DNA of 64,000 nt from Polyangiaceae bacterium (GCA_965222375.1 CBDCTZ010000008.1:192001-256000), one strand, 5' to 3'. Shown: positions 1-11,714, counted from the stretch's first letter. Program-made: numbers and translations. Notes: generated from the sequence alone by a model not told the origin.

Positions 1-727
1 CGGCGTCCTCGGGATCGAAGACTTCGATGGTTTCTAGACCGCGCTTGGCTTGCCCGGTTCGCGCCCAAGCTTCGGCGATTACTGCAGCCATCATGGCGCG
101 TGCCTTCGGCTCGTTATGACGTTTGAGATCGATACCGTCTGCCAGTCGCCGGGCCGGATCCACCTCGCCCAGCATTAGGTGGATCATGCCACGCTGGGCC
201 CGCGCTTCGTCGGCAACCGGCGCCATGACTTTGCCCAGATCGATTTGCTCCAGGGTTTCCAGGGCCTTCTTGGGCTCGTCCTGCAATTCCAACTGCGCTT
301 TGGCAAAGATCGCGGCTGGGTCCTTTTTCTTGTAGTTCTTGCCCAGCGCTTCCAGGGCCGCTTTGCGATCCTCGGCAGACTCCACTCCGCTGAGTAGGTC
401 GGCAACGCCTCGGGCCTTCTTGGCCTGGCGCATCGCCCAGATCACGATCCCCGCGAGCACGACCGTCACCACTGCGGGCACGACAAGAGCAACTGTCTTG
501 GCGGTGCTGCCCTGGCTCACGCCGGCAATGAGTCCACCGAGGAGCCAAGCGCCAACGAGGGGAATGGCCAGTCGAGTCAGCAACTTCTTCAGGGCGTCCC
601 GACCCAGGGGATCCGGAACGTCCTTCGGCTTGACGACCAAGGGCGCAGCGAGCTGCTTCTTCTTCGCTTTGCCGCTGGTCTCTCGGCTCTGCGCCGAACG
701 TTTGAGTTTTCGGGCTTCTTTCGCCAC
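1..727 (-). CDS. Hypothetical membrane protein with helical/TPR-like C-terminal part (3' end outside window)
   Basis: Own translation from GTG at 727 (MAKEARKLKRSAQ...LAIPLVGAWLLGGLIAG...VVTVVLAGIVIWAMR...) stays open to the window edge; two TM-like segments, then helical repeats; absent from the ORF track. Confidence 0.7.
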   Translation of the reverse strand, partial: MAKEARKLKRSAQSRETSGKAKKKQLAAPLVVKPKDVPDPLGRDALKKLLTRLAIPLVGAWLLGGLIAGVSQGSTAKTVALVVPAVVTVVLAGIVIWAMRQAKKARGVADLLSGVESAEDRKAALEALGKNYKKKDPAAIFAKAQLELQDEPKKALETLEQIDLGKVMAPVADEARAQRGMIHLMLGEVDPARRLADGIDLKRHNEPKARAMMAAVIAEAWARTGQAKRGLETIEVFDPEDA

Positions 728-774
728 GGCGGGGCTATATCACATCCCGCGGAGCATCCCCATGCGCCTCGGGG

Positions 775-2064
775 TCAGGCCTTGCTCTTCGCCTGCACAG
801 GCGGCGGCGGCAGACTGTCGGGGCCGGACTCGGGCATCAGCTCGAAGCGAAAGTGCTGGAACAGGCTCTGGGACAGGGACAGAACGGGAACCGCGAGCAA
901 TGCGCCCCACAGCCCGAAGAAGTGCTCTCCGATGATCAGGGCAAAGACCACCAATACCGGGTGGATCTTGGCCGCGACACCGATGATCTTCGGGTTGAGC
1001 AAGTTCGCCTCCACCTGGTGAATCCCGATGATCCAAAGCAGCACCCACAATGCGGTCCAGAAGTCCTGGGTCAAGCCGATCATCACAGCGGGAATGGTGG
1101 AGAGAATCGACCCGAAGATCGGAATGATGCTCATCACTCCGGCCACGATGGCCAGGATGGGCCAGTACTTGAGCCCAAACATCCAGAAGCCGACGGCCGA
1201 CAACCCGCCGTTGACCAAACAGATCAACAGCTGCCCGCGCACAACGCCGGCCAAGCCGCGATCGATGCGAAACATCAGCCGGTCGAAGCTGGATTGGGAT
1301 TCTTTCGGCGGAAGCGAGCGGAAGAACTCGAAGATGCTCTCGCGGGTGTGCATCAAGTAGGCCGCCACCATGAGCGTGAGAAAGAACAAAAAGACGCCGC
1401 GCGCGACTCGACTGACGATCGCCTGCCCGACCTTGATCAACTCCAAGGCGTTGCGCTTCACATAGCTGACGAAGCCAGCCATGCTCTCGTCCGCCAGCTC
1501 CGCAACGCTGAATTTGGGGCTTTCTTCAGGCTTTGGAACGATGCGCCAGCGCTTCGGGCCATCTTGGACCACATCGACACCGGAGCGAAGCTCGATGGAG
1601 TACGTGTCGTTGTCCTTCTTGATGACTTCGAAGGCGGGAGCCTTTTCCGCTGCGGGTTTTTCCTCCGGATCTGCCCGGTTGATCAATCCTCGGATCCAAG
1701 TCTCGACCCGCGGCGCCCACTTCTTGTTCAAGCCCGTGGCAAGGGCCGGCGCGTCCCGGGCAAGCTTGGCGGTTTCGTCGTACAGCCGCGGCGCAATCGC
1801 AGCGCCGGATAGATAGATGGTGCCCAGGGTCGCCACGTAGACGATCACGATCGAGAGGGAGCGTGGAATACGTGCGCGCTCGCACCGCGCCACCAAGGGT
1901 GTCAGCACGTAGGCGATGATCAGGGCGAGTACGAAGGGCAGCAGGATCTCACGCACTGCCGCCAGCAGCACCACGACCAGGGCGCCGGAAACCAACAGAA
2001 ACCAAAGGCGCCGACGGTTCCAACCGCCGCTGGGATGCTCGTCGATAATGACCGGCTCCGCCAA
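775..2064 (-). CDS. AI-2E family (PerM-like) transporter
   Basis: Multi-TM; PFVLALIIAYVLTP, IPIFGS, QVEANLLNPKIIG...IHP motifs; start moved to TTG 2064 behind a GGAGGAG RBS. Confidence 0.85.
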   Translation of the reverse strand: MAEPVIIDEHPSGGWNRRRLWFLLVSGALVVVLLAAVREILLPFVLALIIAYVLTPLVARCERARIPRSLSIVIVYVATLGTIYLSGAAIAPRLYDETAKLARDAPALATGLNKKWAPRVETWIRGLINRADPEEKPAAEKAPAFEVIKKDNDTYSIELRSGVDVVQDGPKRWRIVPKPEESPKFSVAELADESMAGFVSYVKRNALELIKVGQAIVSRVARGVFLFFLTLMVAAYLMHTRESIFEFFRSLPPKESQSSFDRLMFRIDRGLAGVVRGQLLICLVNGGLSAVGFWMFGLKYWPILAIVAGVMSIIPIFGSILSTIPAVMIGLTQDFWTALWVLLWIIGIHQVEANLLNPKIIGVAAKIHPVLVVFALIIGEHFFGLWGALLAVPVLSLSQSLFQHFRFELMPESGPDSLPPPPVQAKSKA

Positions 2065-2152
2065 GGTACTCCTCCGCTGACCCGCCCCTGGTCGGGCGCT
2101 GGCCGCGGCGCCGAAGCTACACCCAAATGGCGCGCCTTGACACCGGCGTCGC

Positions 2153-2188
2153 AAACGAAAACGGCCCGGCGAGTCTGTCGCCGGGCCG
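2153..2188 (-). terminator. Rho-independent terminator of rpsA
   Basis: 11-bp stem cggcccggcga/tcgccgggccg followed by TTTTCGTTT on the minus strand. Confidence 0.8.
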
Positions 2189-2225
2189 AGATCGGGCCGC
2201 CAGGCTGGCGAACCCTAGGCCTACC

Positions 2226-4040
<1,815 letters not shown>

Positions 4041-4142
4041 TGAGAAAGCGATGCCTCCGTGCCCGTCGTGGCGTCATGGGGGGTGAAAGGACCTGGGGCC
4101 GCAACACGCCAGGACCGGTCCCGAGCCAGGACAGGGGCGCGT

Positions 4143-4171
4143 GAGGTAGCGCACAGCCTGAGGTGAGTCAA
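4143..4171 (-). promoter_or_regulatory. Possible sigma70 promoter of rpsA
   Basis: TTGACT-N17-TACCTC on the minus strand; weak -10. Confidence 0.35.
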
Positions 4172-4200
4172 ATGCGAAAATCCAGGTGTCCCACGCCTAC

Positions 4201-5115
4201 TTACGGCCCTTTGGCTCGGCTTGGGTCCACGCTGGCCACCCCGAGGCGGAGTTTCAGCCAGCCTGCAAGATGTGCGGCGGCTCGGTCCAACCCATCACGG
4301 TCGAAATTGGCCTTCAGAACTCCTGCCTTCTGCTCAATCTTGCCGGCTCCCAGGTGTTCCAAATCGGCGCTCAAGGCCGTCATCGCAGCGGAGTCTGCTG
4401 CCATGGCCGGGGCTAGAGCAATTTTCGCGTCGACTCCAGTGCCCACGGCAGTAGCGGAAGCCTGGGCGAAATCCGTTGCCGGCGAGAACACCAGACCGCT
4501 TTGTTTCAGCAGCTTCACGCCACCGGGCGAGAGCCTGATCTCCAAGTCACCCCGTGAGGGCGGCGCCAGCCCGACGGGCAGGGCGCGCTCTAGGCGCCCT
4601 CGGGAACTGGCCAGCACCACGCAGCCGTCTTCTGCCTGACTCAGGAAGAAGCCGGCAGGATCCGACCAGACCCCGGCGTCGAGGCGCCCGCGGCGTCCCT
4701 CCTGCTGCAGTAGTTTCGCCACGCTGCCGACCCAATCGGCGCGAGGAAACATGCCGCCGAACACGACGACCCAATCCTTGGGGCCAGGGCCGAGAGCCAC
4801 TACGACTTCGCGCAGGTCCACGTTGAATTTGAGCTTGGTTTGCTTTTCGAGGCGTTGTCGTCGCAAGGCCATTCCATCAGGCGCGGCGACGCTATCCACG
4901 AGCGGCATCAGGTGCGTGCGAGCGGGAGCAAATAGACCGACACGCTCTACGCTCAGGCGTGCCGTCACGCTGGCATCCGAAGGGGCATGGCGGGCAGCCT
5001 TTGGCACGTACTGCAACTTGCCAAAGTAGAGTAAGCCGCCGGCCGCCAGGGCGGCCAAGACCAGGCCGAAAAAGACGACGAAAACCGATTTGTGGGACAC
5101 CGCGCGACGAGTCAT
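4201..5115 (-). CDS. Hypothetical membrane-anchored protein (paralog of 5112 and 8092 ORFs)
   Basis: N-terminal TM helix; 4-nt overlap with upstream gene; motif pattern shared with neighbours. Confidence 0.75.
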   Translation of the reverse strand: MTRRAVSHKSVFVVFFGLVLAALAAGGLLYFGKLQYVPKAARHAPSDASVTARLSVERVGLFAPARTHLMPLVDSVAAPDGMALRRQRLEKQTKLKFNVDLREVVVALGPGPKDWVVVFGGMFPRADWVGSVAKLLQQEGRRGRLDAGVWSDPAGFFLSQAEDGCVVLASSRGRLERALPVGLAPPSRGDLEIRLSPGGVKLLKQSGLVFSPATDFAQASATAVGTGVDAKIALAPAMAADSAAMTALSADLEHLGAGKIEQKAGVLKANFDRDGLDRAAAHLAGWLKLRLGVASVDPSRAKGP

Positions 5116-6047
5116 CGGTCTTGCTTCACTCTCGTTTCCATCAACTCGGATAGTTTTTCAACCGGCATGCGCAGGTCCACTACGACTTGTTTTCCGACCG
5201 CCTTGATATTCAGTCCAGGACCAGCCGGCACGTATCCGGGAGCCAGCTGCCGCATCGCCTCGACCAAGTCCCTCAGCGCGTCGGCCAGCAGCGTGGCGCG
5301 TTCCGAGTCCGACAATTTCAAGTTCACCTGCGCTGTGAAAGTCGACGCGTCCAAATCCGCGTGACCTTGGATCTCACGGGTAGCCAGGAGCAAACCGGAT
5401 AGCCTGGTACTGCGATCTTCGACCCAGCTGGCCAGGGCCGGCCCCCGAGCGGCAACCGACAAGAGCCCCTTCGCTGGGGGCTCTAGATGCTCGTCGAAGT
5501 TGCCCTCTTCGAGGCGTCGCTCAACGCTATCCAGGGCGGCCTCGCTGACCAGAACTACAGTGTCTGTGCCTGCGACGTACACCCGAGCGGGTTGGCCACG
5601 CTCCGGCGACTGGCGATCGAAGCGCCTCAGATCCCGACCCAGGTCTCGGCCGCCGCCGAACTTCGGCGACAGCGCATAGCTCCGCGGGTCAAAGCTCTTC
5701 ATGCGCCCGCGAAACACGAACACGTGATCGAGCAGACGCGCCTCCCGCGCCGGGCGCAGCGCGATCAACACGACATCGCTCTGCAGGAGAAGGTCACCGA
5801 CCATGCGCTCTTGCTCGGGCTGGCGGCCGACGCGTTCGGCCGCCCGCTGCCGCAGTCGGAGCAGCGCGCTCTTGCCGAGGGAGCGCCGAACTTTGGACAA
5901 GTCCAATCGGAATGCCACGTCCAACTCGGACGGCAAGGCCATCTCGGGCCGCGTCAGCGCCGGCGGTCCTGGCGGCGGTGGTGGGACTTTCGGAGCGCTG
6001 CAGCCCAAGGCTGCAACCGCGGCTCCCATGAAGGTCCGTCGCTGCAC
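5112..6047 (-). CDS. Hypothetical Tat-like lipoprotein
   Basis: QRRTFM signal and ALGC lipobox, Pro-rich linker; 6 nt after cmk stop. Confidence 0.75.
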   Translation of the reverse strand: MQRRTFMGAAVAALGCSAPKVPPPPPGPPALTRPEMALPSELDVAFRLDLSKVRRSLGKSALLRLRQRAAERVGRQPEQERMVGDLLLQSDVVLIALRPAREARLLDHVFVFRGRMKSFDPRSYALSPKFGGGRDLGRDLRRFDRQSPERGQPARVYVAGTDTVVLVSEAALDSVERRLEEGNFDEHLEPPAKGLLSVAARGPALASWVEDRSTRLSGLLLATREIQGHADLDASTFTAQVNLKLSDSERATLLADALRDLVEAMRQLAPGYVPAGPGLNIKAVGKQVVVDLRMPVEKLSELMETRVKQDR

Positions 6048-6053
6048 TTGGTC

Positions 6054-6758
6054 CTACTGCCGGCTGGCCCCAAGACCCGCTTCGACGGCACGCACGCGCT
6101 CGACGATGAAGTCCACGACCTCATCGACGCTACGCGCGGAGCTGTCGACCAACACGGCGTCTTCAGCCTGTTTCAACGGGGCGACTGGGCGATTTGTGTC
6201 CCGAGTGTCTCGCTCGATGACCTGTGCTCGCACTTCTTCCAAACTCATCGACTGGCCCTTGGCCACGAGTTCCTGGTGACGGCGCTGCGCGCGGATTTCT
6301 ACGCTCGCGGTCAGATAGAATTTCGCTTCCGCGTCCGGGAAAACCACGGTTCCGATGTCCCGGCCCTCCAAGACCACGCCTCCAGCCCGCCCCAGCCCTC
6401 GCTGCATGTTCAAAAGCGCATCTCGAACCTCGGGGATGGCGCTGACCTTGCTGGCCCCCTCCGCGATGCTCTGAGTGCGGATCCCTTGAGAGATGTCTTC
6501 GTCACCCAGGCGCAGGGCGGCGCTGTCCGCGTCGAAGCGAATGGCGTCCGTGTCCGCGAGCCGCTGCGCCACCTTGGCCACGGCGGGTGCGTCATCCCAG
6601 CTGGCGCCGTCACGCTCAGCTGCCAACGCGACGGCTCGGTACAGGGCGCCCGTGTCCACCAAGGTGAATCCCAAGGCCTCGGCAACTCGACGAGTCACCG
6701 TCGTCTTCCCGGCTCCGGCGGGGCCATCGATGGCAACCACAGGTCGGGTTCGGGTCAC
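6054..6758 (-). CDS. cmk: Cytidylate kinase
   Basis: IDGPAGAGKTT, DTGALYRA, EGRDIGTVVFPDA. Confidence 0.96.
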   Translation of the reverse strand: MTRTRPVVAIDGPAGAGKTTVTRRVAEALGFTLVDTGALYRAVALAAERDGASWDDAPAVAKVAQRLADTDAIRFDADSAALRLGDEDISQGIRTQSIAEGASKVSAIPEVRDALLNMQRGLGRAGGVVLEGRDIGTVVFPDAEAKFYLTASVEIRAQRRHQELVAKGQSMSLEEVRAQVIERDTRDTNRPVAPLKQAEDAVLVDSSARSVDEVVDFIVERVRAVEAGLGASRQ

Positions 6759-8095
6759 GCGCGCACCTCCACATCTGCGCCCAGGGCACGCAAGGTCCCC
6801 GCAAAGCGGGGGAAGCTGGTCTTCACACAGTCCACGTCATCCACGATGCACTCATCCTGCGCCACCAACCCCAAGACGACCGCGGTCATCGCGATGCGAT
6901 GGTCTCCCTGACTGTGGACACGCGCGGCGCGCAGCGGTCTGTCGGTAACGCCCTCGATACCGAGACCATCCGGTCGCTCCTCCACCGGCACACCGAACTC
7001 ACGAAGCAACTGTGCCATGGCCGACACGCGGTCGCTCTCCTTCACGCGCAGCTCCGCCAAGTCCGATAGCTGGGTCTCACCGGTCGACCTCGCCGCCACC
7101 GCACACAGAATGGGGATCTCGTCGATGGCCCGCAACACTAGTTCGCCACCGATATTGGCGCCCGTGCATCGGCCACCAAGCATCGTCACGTCCCCAACCG
7201 GTTCACCCAAGGCGTCCCCCCGGGGCGTCAATCCGAGTTCGAGGCCAAAGCCCCGCAGCGCATCGATGACACCTGTGCGCGTGGGGTTGAGCCCGGTGCC
7301 CCGCACGGTCACCTGGCTGTCGTCCACAATGGCGGCGGCACTGAGCAAGAATGCCGCGGCCGAAAGGTCACCAGGCAGTTCGAGGTCGAACCCGCGCATG
7401 GCCATCGGGTCACGAGGTGGATGCAATTCAACTAGAGGGCCCGCGGTGTGGATCGGGATCCCCAGGGCGCTCAACATTCGCTCGGTGTGATCGCGGCTGA
7501 CGAGGGGTTCACGAAATAGTGTCGGCCCCGACGCATACAACCCCGACAAGAGCACCGCGCTCTTGACCTGCGCGCTGGCCACGCGGGATTCGTACTCGAG
7601 GGACGCGAGGGTAGCGGCCTCGAGGGGGCCCACGACCAAGGGCGCCGTCACCTCCGCCCCCTGCCCCTGTCCGGCAATGCGCGCTCCACGCATCTGTAGG
7701 GGCTCGACAATTCGCTGCATGGGCCGGCGGGACAGGCTTGCGTCTCCGGTCAGGGTTGTCTCGAACGGCTGCCCCGCGAGGATCCCGGCAAGCAGACGCA
7801 ACGTGGTGCCGCTATTTCCGCAATCCAAGGGCTCGGCGGGCGCGGAAAGGCCCCGCAGCCCCACGCCAGCGATTTGCAGGCCGCCCGCGTCGTCGGCTTC
7901 TGCGGCCACCCCCATCGCGCTGAGAGCTCTCAGGGTCGCCAGGTTGTCCGCAGCTCGGGAAAAGCCGCGGATGGTCGACTCGCCGCCCGCCAAAGCGGCG
8001 AGCATGAGGGCGCGATGCCCAATGCTCTTGTCACTCACCACAGGCACGCTGCCGCGCAGGGGCTGCGTCGCAGGGCGAACGATGAAGCGGGTCAT
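6755..8095 (-). CDS. aroA: EPSP synthase (class II)
   Basis: DKSIGHR, GNSGTT, SAQVKSA, RDHTERM, KESDR, DHRIAM. Confidence 0.96.
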   Translation of the reverse strand: MTRFIVRPATQPLRGSVPVVSDKSIGHRALMLAALAGGESTIRGFSRAADNLATLRALSAMGVAAEADDAGGLQIAGVGLRGLSAPAEPLDCGNSGTTLRLLAGILAGQPFETTLTGDASLSRRPMQRIVEPLQMRGARIAGQGQGAEVTAPLVVGPLEAATLASLEYESRVASAQVKSAVLLSGLYASGPTLFREPLVSRDHTERMLSALGIPIHTAGPLVELHPPRDPMAMRGFDLELPGDLSAAAFLLSAAAIVDDSQVTVRGTGLNPTRTGVIDALRGFGLELGLTPRGDALGEPVGDVTMLGGRCTGANIGGELVLRAIDEIPILCAVAARSTGETQLSDLAELRVKESDRVSAMAQLLREFGVPVEERPDGLGIEGVTDRPLRAARVHSQGDHRIAMTAVVLGLVAQDECIVDDVDCVKTSFPRFAGTLRALGADVEVRA

Positions 8096-9117
8096 TTCGA
8101 CGTTTCGCCGGAGACCCCAGGGGTGACCGTGGCGGGGATCACTTTGGGCTGAACCGGTAGGCCAATCATGCGCGCGCCACGGTCGAGCAACTCTGCCACG
8201 CCGTTGCCATCGAGAGCCGCCACGAACTTACTCTCGCGCTCTTTGGTTTCGGCTTCGAGCTTCGTGATCGGCTGAGGGATCCCCATGATGTTGATCAGCC
8301 AACCCCACGCCTGGGCGTTGCTGGCCAGGGATTGGAGCGTGGCGGTGCCCTTCTCGGCTTGCGCGTTGTCCGGGTAGGTCAAGGTGCCGGCGATGTTGAG
8401 CCCCGGGTCTTCGAAGTTCGCCAGCATGCGGGCCGTCTCCAAGCCGTTGACGAAGGGGAGATGACTGCGCACGGCATCCGAGAGTACCTGAGCACGCAGA
8501 TCGAATACTGCAACGACGGGCGCATTCGGGGTCTTCAGGAGTTCTTCCAAACCATCGGGCAGAGAACGCTTGACGCGCCCCTCTTTGATGCGGTCGAGGG
8601 CGCGTCGAATGCCGGTTTCATTCCCGAGCAGGACCGTGCGCTCCGTGAGCACGACGAATCCCACATTCTTGGAGGTATACACGGGTCGATCCGCGTAGCT
8701 GGATTTCACCAAAGGCGCGCCAAGGGGCGTGGTCTGAGTACCGTCCGCCGCGGCTTCGATCGCCGCCTTGTTGAATCGGCCCGTCGCCACCACAGCAAAG
8801 TCAGCGCCCTGCATCGAGTACAGGCCGACGGCAAGCTTGTCCAAATCGCGAGTTGGCTCGAAACCCGCCGCGGGCGGAATTGGCGCGCTGGCCATGATTG
8901 CCAGGCGCTGACCGAATCGCGACGCGAACAATGCCCGTGCGTCGCCAGCGATGACACCCACCGCACCACCGGGAAGCAGCGCGAGGGGATCTTGGTCAAT
9001 GGCTTCATTCGAAAGCGACTTGCCTGCGCCGGATTCGACGACAACGTCTTCTTTCTTCGGGCACCCAGAGAGCACAGTGGGGACCAGGAGCAGCGACAGC
9101 AAGCGTCGCAATTTCAC
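8092..9117 (-). CDS. Hypothetical lipoprotein
   Basis: Start GTG 9117 overlaps hisC stop (GTGA); LSGC lipobox; the longer track ORF overlaps hisC. Confidence 0.8.
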   Translation of the reverse strand: MKLRRLLSLLLVPTVLSGCPKKEDVVVESGAGKSLSNEAIDQDPLALLPGGAVGVIAGDARALFASRFGQRLAIMASAPIPPAAGFEPTRDLDKLAVGLYSMQGADFAVVATGRFNKAAIEAAADGTQTTPLGAPLVKSSYADRPVYTSKNVGFVVLTERTVLLGNETGIRRALDRIKEGRVKRSLPDGLEELLKTPNAPVVAVFDLRAQVLSDAVRSHLPFVNGLETARMLANFEDPGLNIAGTLTYPDNAQAEKGTATLQSLASNAQAWGWLINIMGIPQPITKLEAETKERESKFVAALDGNGVAELLDRGARMIGLPVQPKVIPATVTPGVSGETSK

Positions 9118-10193
9118 GACAGCACCCCAGACAGTGCCGGGATGAGCCGGTCGTTTTCGGCCTTGGTTCCGACGGTGATGCGCAGGAAGTTCGAGGCGCC
9201 CAGAGGGCGCACGATGACTCCCTTGCGCAGCATGGCCTCGTACACTTCCCGGCCCGGCCGCCCGACGTCGACGAACACGAAGTTTGCCTGACTTGGTACG
9301 ACCTTCACGCCCAGGGCGCCGATTTCTCGCTCCAGCCGCGCGCGCTGTGCCTGATTTTCGCTGCGGCTGCGCTCGACGTGCTCGGAATCGTCGATGGCCG
9401 CCGAGGCCGCGACCTGTCCCAACGCGCCCACGTTGAAGGGCGCCCGCACGCGATTCATGTAGTTGACGATCGGTTCCGGACCCACAGCGTATCCGACCCG
9501 AAAGGCCGCCAATCCGTAGATCTTCGAGAAGGTGCGCAACACGACGAGACGCTCTCGGATCGAGCGCAGGCTGAGGGAGTCCGGGTAGTCCGGCGCATCG
9601 GCATACTGCAGGTACGCCTCGTCCATCACCACGATCACGTGGTCGGGCACGGACTTCAAGAAATCGGCAACCGCATCGCGGCTCACATGGGTGCCGGTCG
9701 GATTGTTCGGGTTCGCGACGAAGAGCAAACGCGTGTTGTCCCGCACCGCGTTTCGCATCGCTTCGAGGTCGTGGGTGTAGTCCGTGAGCGGTACGGGGGT
9801 AAAGTTCACGCCGTGCGCCAAGCACGCCAGTTTGTAGACGACGAAGGAAGGCTCGGCGAAGACGATGTGATCAATCGGCGTTGCAAAGGTCCGGATCAAC
9901 AGCTCGATCAACTCGTTAGAACCATTGCCCTGGATGATCTGATCCATGGGAGTGTCGTGAAGCTCGGACAGGCGCTTGCGCAGGGAGTAGGCCGCAGCAT
10001 CGGGATAGCGATGAGCCTCGCTCACCGCGCGTTTCACGGCTTCCACTGCCTTGGGACTCGGCCCAAGCGGGTTTTCGTTGGACGCGAGCTTCACCGCGTC
10101 GGTTACCCCGAGTTCCCGGGCCACCTCCTCGATGGGCTTGCCCGCTTCGTAAGGCACCAGGGATTCGATGGAAGGAGTGACGAGAGAGGCCAT
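9114..10193 (-). CDS. hisC: Histidinol-phosphate aminotransferase
   Basis: KLASNENP, NPNNPTG, DEAY, RTFSKIYGLAAFRVGY. Confidence 0.95.
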   Translation of the reverse strand: MASLVTPSIESLVPYEAGKPIEEVARELGVTDAVKLASNENPLGPSPKAVEAVKRAVSEAHRYPDAAAYSLRKRLSELHDTPMDQIIQGNGSNELIELLIRTFATPIDHIVFAEPSFVVYKLACLAHGVNFTPVPLTDYTHDLEAMRNAVRDNTRLLFVANPNNPTGTHVSRDAVADFLKSVPDHVIVVMDEAYLQYADAPDYPDSLSLRSIRERLVVLRTFSKIYGLAAFRVGYAVGPEPIVNYMNRVRAPFNVGALGQVAASAAIDDSEHVERSRSENQAQRARLEREIGALGVKVVPSQANFVFVDVGRPGREVYEAMLRKGVIVRPLGASNFLRITVGTKAENDRLIPALSGVLS

Positions 10194-10251
10194 CGCCCGG
10201 GAGCCTACGGTCTCGAGTCCAGATTGTCGACGCTGCGCTGCCCTATCGGGT

Positions 10252-11319
10252 TCAGCTCGGGAAGGAGCCCAGCACGCGCAAATACTTGGTCTGGCGTTTG
10301 ACGGATTCCAGAGCGGTCACTACTGCCCGATCCGTGACATGACCGCTAACTTCGACGTAGAAAAGGAAGTCCAATCCGCCGTTCGCGACCGGGCGTGATT
10401 GGAGCTTCTTCAGGTTGATTCCGCGCTCGGCAAAGTGGCGCAGCACGTCGTACAGCGCGCCGGGACTGTCGTCGGCGTTGAACAACAAACAGGTCGTATC
10501 CTGCCCCGAACGGCTTGCGGGACGCGCACCGGCAACCCCGTAGCGAAAGTGCATGTCTGCGCTATCGCCAACGTTGGCCTGCAGGACGGAAAGCCCCGCG
10601 GCGCGCCCGGAGGGCTCCGGCACGACTGCCGCACTTTCCTCGTCATCTCGGGACAATGCGGCCGCAGCGACCGGGGAACGCACGTCTACGACGGTCACCC
10701 TTGGTAGCTCGGCTTCCAAAAAGCGCTCGCAGGCCGCATGAGCCGCCGCCGTCGCGTACACCTTATCGACGTCCCCCAGCCGCTCCGCGCGGCTCATCAG
10801 ATCGTAGGTCGCCGGCATGCTGCGCTCCGACACGAGCACCAACTCGGTTTGCTCCAGTGCGTTGATGGACGCCTGCACCAGCCCCTCGATGGATGATTCG
10901 AAGGGGAACACCGCGAAGACCGCGCGCCCGCGAACGACTTCGTCTAGAGCGTCGGCGACCGTGGTGCTTTCGATGAAAGAAGCGCCGGGTCCAAATTGGT
11001 GTTGGGCGACGGCGTGGGAAAACCCGCCTTCCGGACCCAGGTAGGCAATCCGGACGGGTTGTTCGATACCTCGGCCCACAGCGTGGATTTCGCTGAAGAT
11101 CGAGCGCACAGCACCATCCGGCAACACGCCGGTCGCAGCTGCCTCAAGGGCTTCGAGGGCCTCACGCTCTCCGCGATCCGCAACCGGCGGTTCTCCTTCG
11201 AGGAGTTGACGCGCCTCACGGTTGAGGGCGGCGCGGCTTTCCAAAGCTTTGAGCAGCCCCAGATCGGCTTCTCGGATTTGCTCACGAAGTTCCTGCAGGC
11301 GGCGTTTGTTGTCCGGCAT
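10252..11319 (-). CDS. pheA: Chorismate mutase/prephenate dehydratase-ACT protein (catalytic motifs degenerate)
   Basis: AroQ-like N-terminus, AYLGPEG, ACT domain (PGALYDVL...INL..LQSRP, LGSFP); canonical position before hisC-aroA-cmk. Confidence 0.85.
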   Translation of the reverse strand: MPDNKRRLQELREQIREADLGLLKALESRAALNREARQLLEGEPPVADRGEREALEALEAAATGVLPDGAVRSIFSEIHAVGRGIEQPVRIAYLGPEGGFSHAVAQHQFGPGASFIESTTVADALDEVVRGRAVFAVFPFESSIEGLVQASINALEQTELVLVSERSMPATYDLMSRAERLGDVDKVYATAAAHAACERFLEAELPRVTVVDVRSPVAAAALSRDDEESAAVVPEPSGRAAGLSVLQANVGDSADMHFRYGVAGARPASRSGQDTTCLLFNADDSPGALYDVLRHFAERGINLKKLQSRPVANGGLDFLFYVEVSGHVTDRAVVTALESVKRQTKYLRVLGSFPS

Positions 11320-11366
11320 ACGCTAGACATTTTAGCAGGGCTGTCCGCGCCGGGCGACCCCGGTCG

Positions 11367-11714
11367 TCACGCCTTGTCGCTACTGCCCCCGCTCGATTTC
11401 TTTGGTGAGTCGCGGGCCGTCGCGGACCCGGTCGACTTCGAGTCCGTGCTCTTCTTTTCGGGCGTCTTTTTCGCCGTAGTGTCGGTCGTTTCAGACGCTG
11501 GCTTCGCGTCAGGTTTCTTCGCGTCGGGTTTGGCCGAACCGTAGCCATCGGCGTACCAGCCGCCGCCCTTGAGAATGAAGCCCTGGCCGCCGCTAATCAT
11601 GCGTTTGGCCGTGTTTTTTTTGCAGTTCGGGCACTCGGTCAGCGCCGGGTCGTTGATCGACTGCTCCGCCTCCCAAGCATGGCCGCACGCCTCACACGCG
11701 TATTCGTAAGTCAT
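11367..11714 (-). CDS. FmdB-family zinc-ribbon protein
   Basis: YEYACEACGH...CPNC...FILKGGGWYADGY; K/T/S-rich tail. Confidence 0.9.
   Translation of the reverse strand: MTYEYACEACGHAWEAEQSINDPALTECPNCKKNTAKRMISGGQGFILKGGGWYADGYGSAKPDAKKPDAKPASETTDTTAKKTPEKKSTDSKSTGSATARDSPKKSSGGSSDKA

Noticed and set aside
9118..9825. N-terminal extension of the 577-aa ORF
   Set aside because: Overlaps hisC in another frame; the lipoprotein signal begins at GTG 9117
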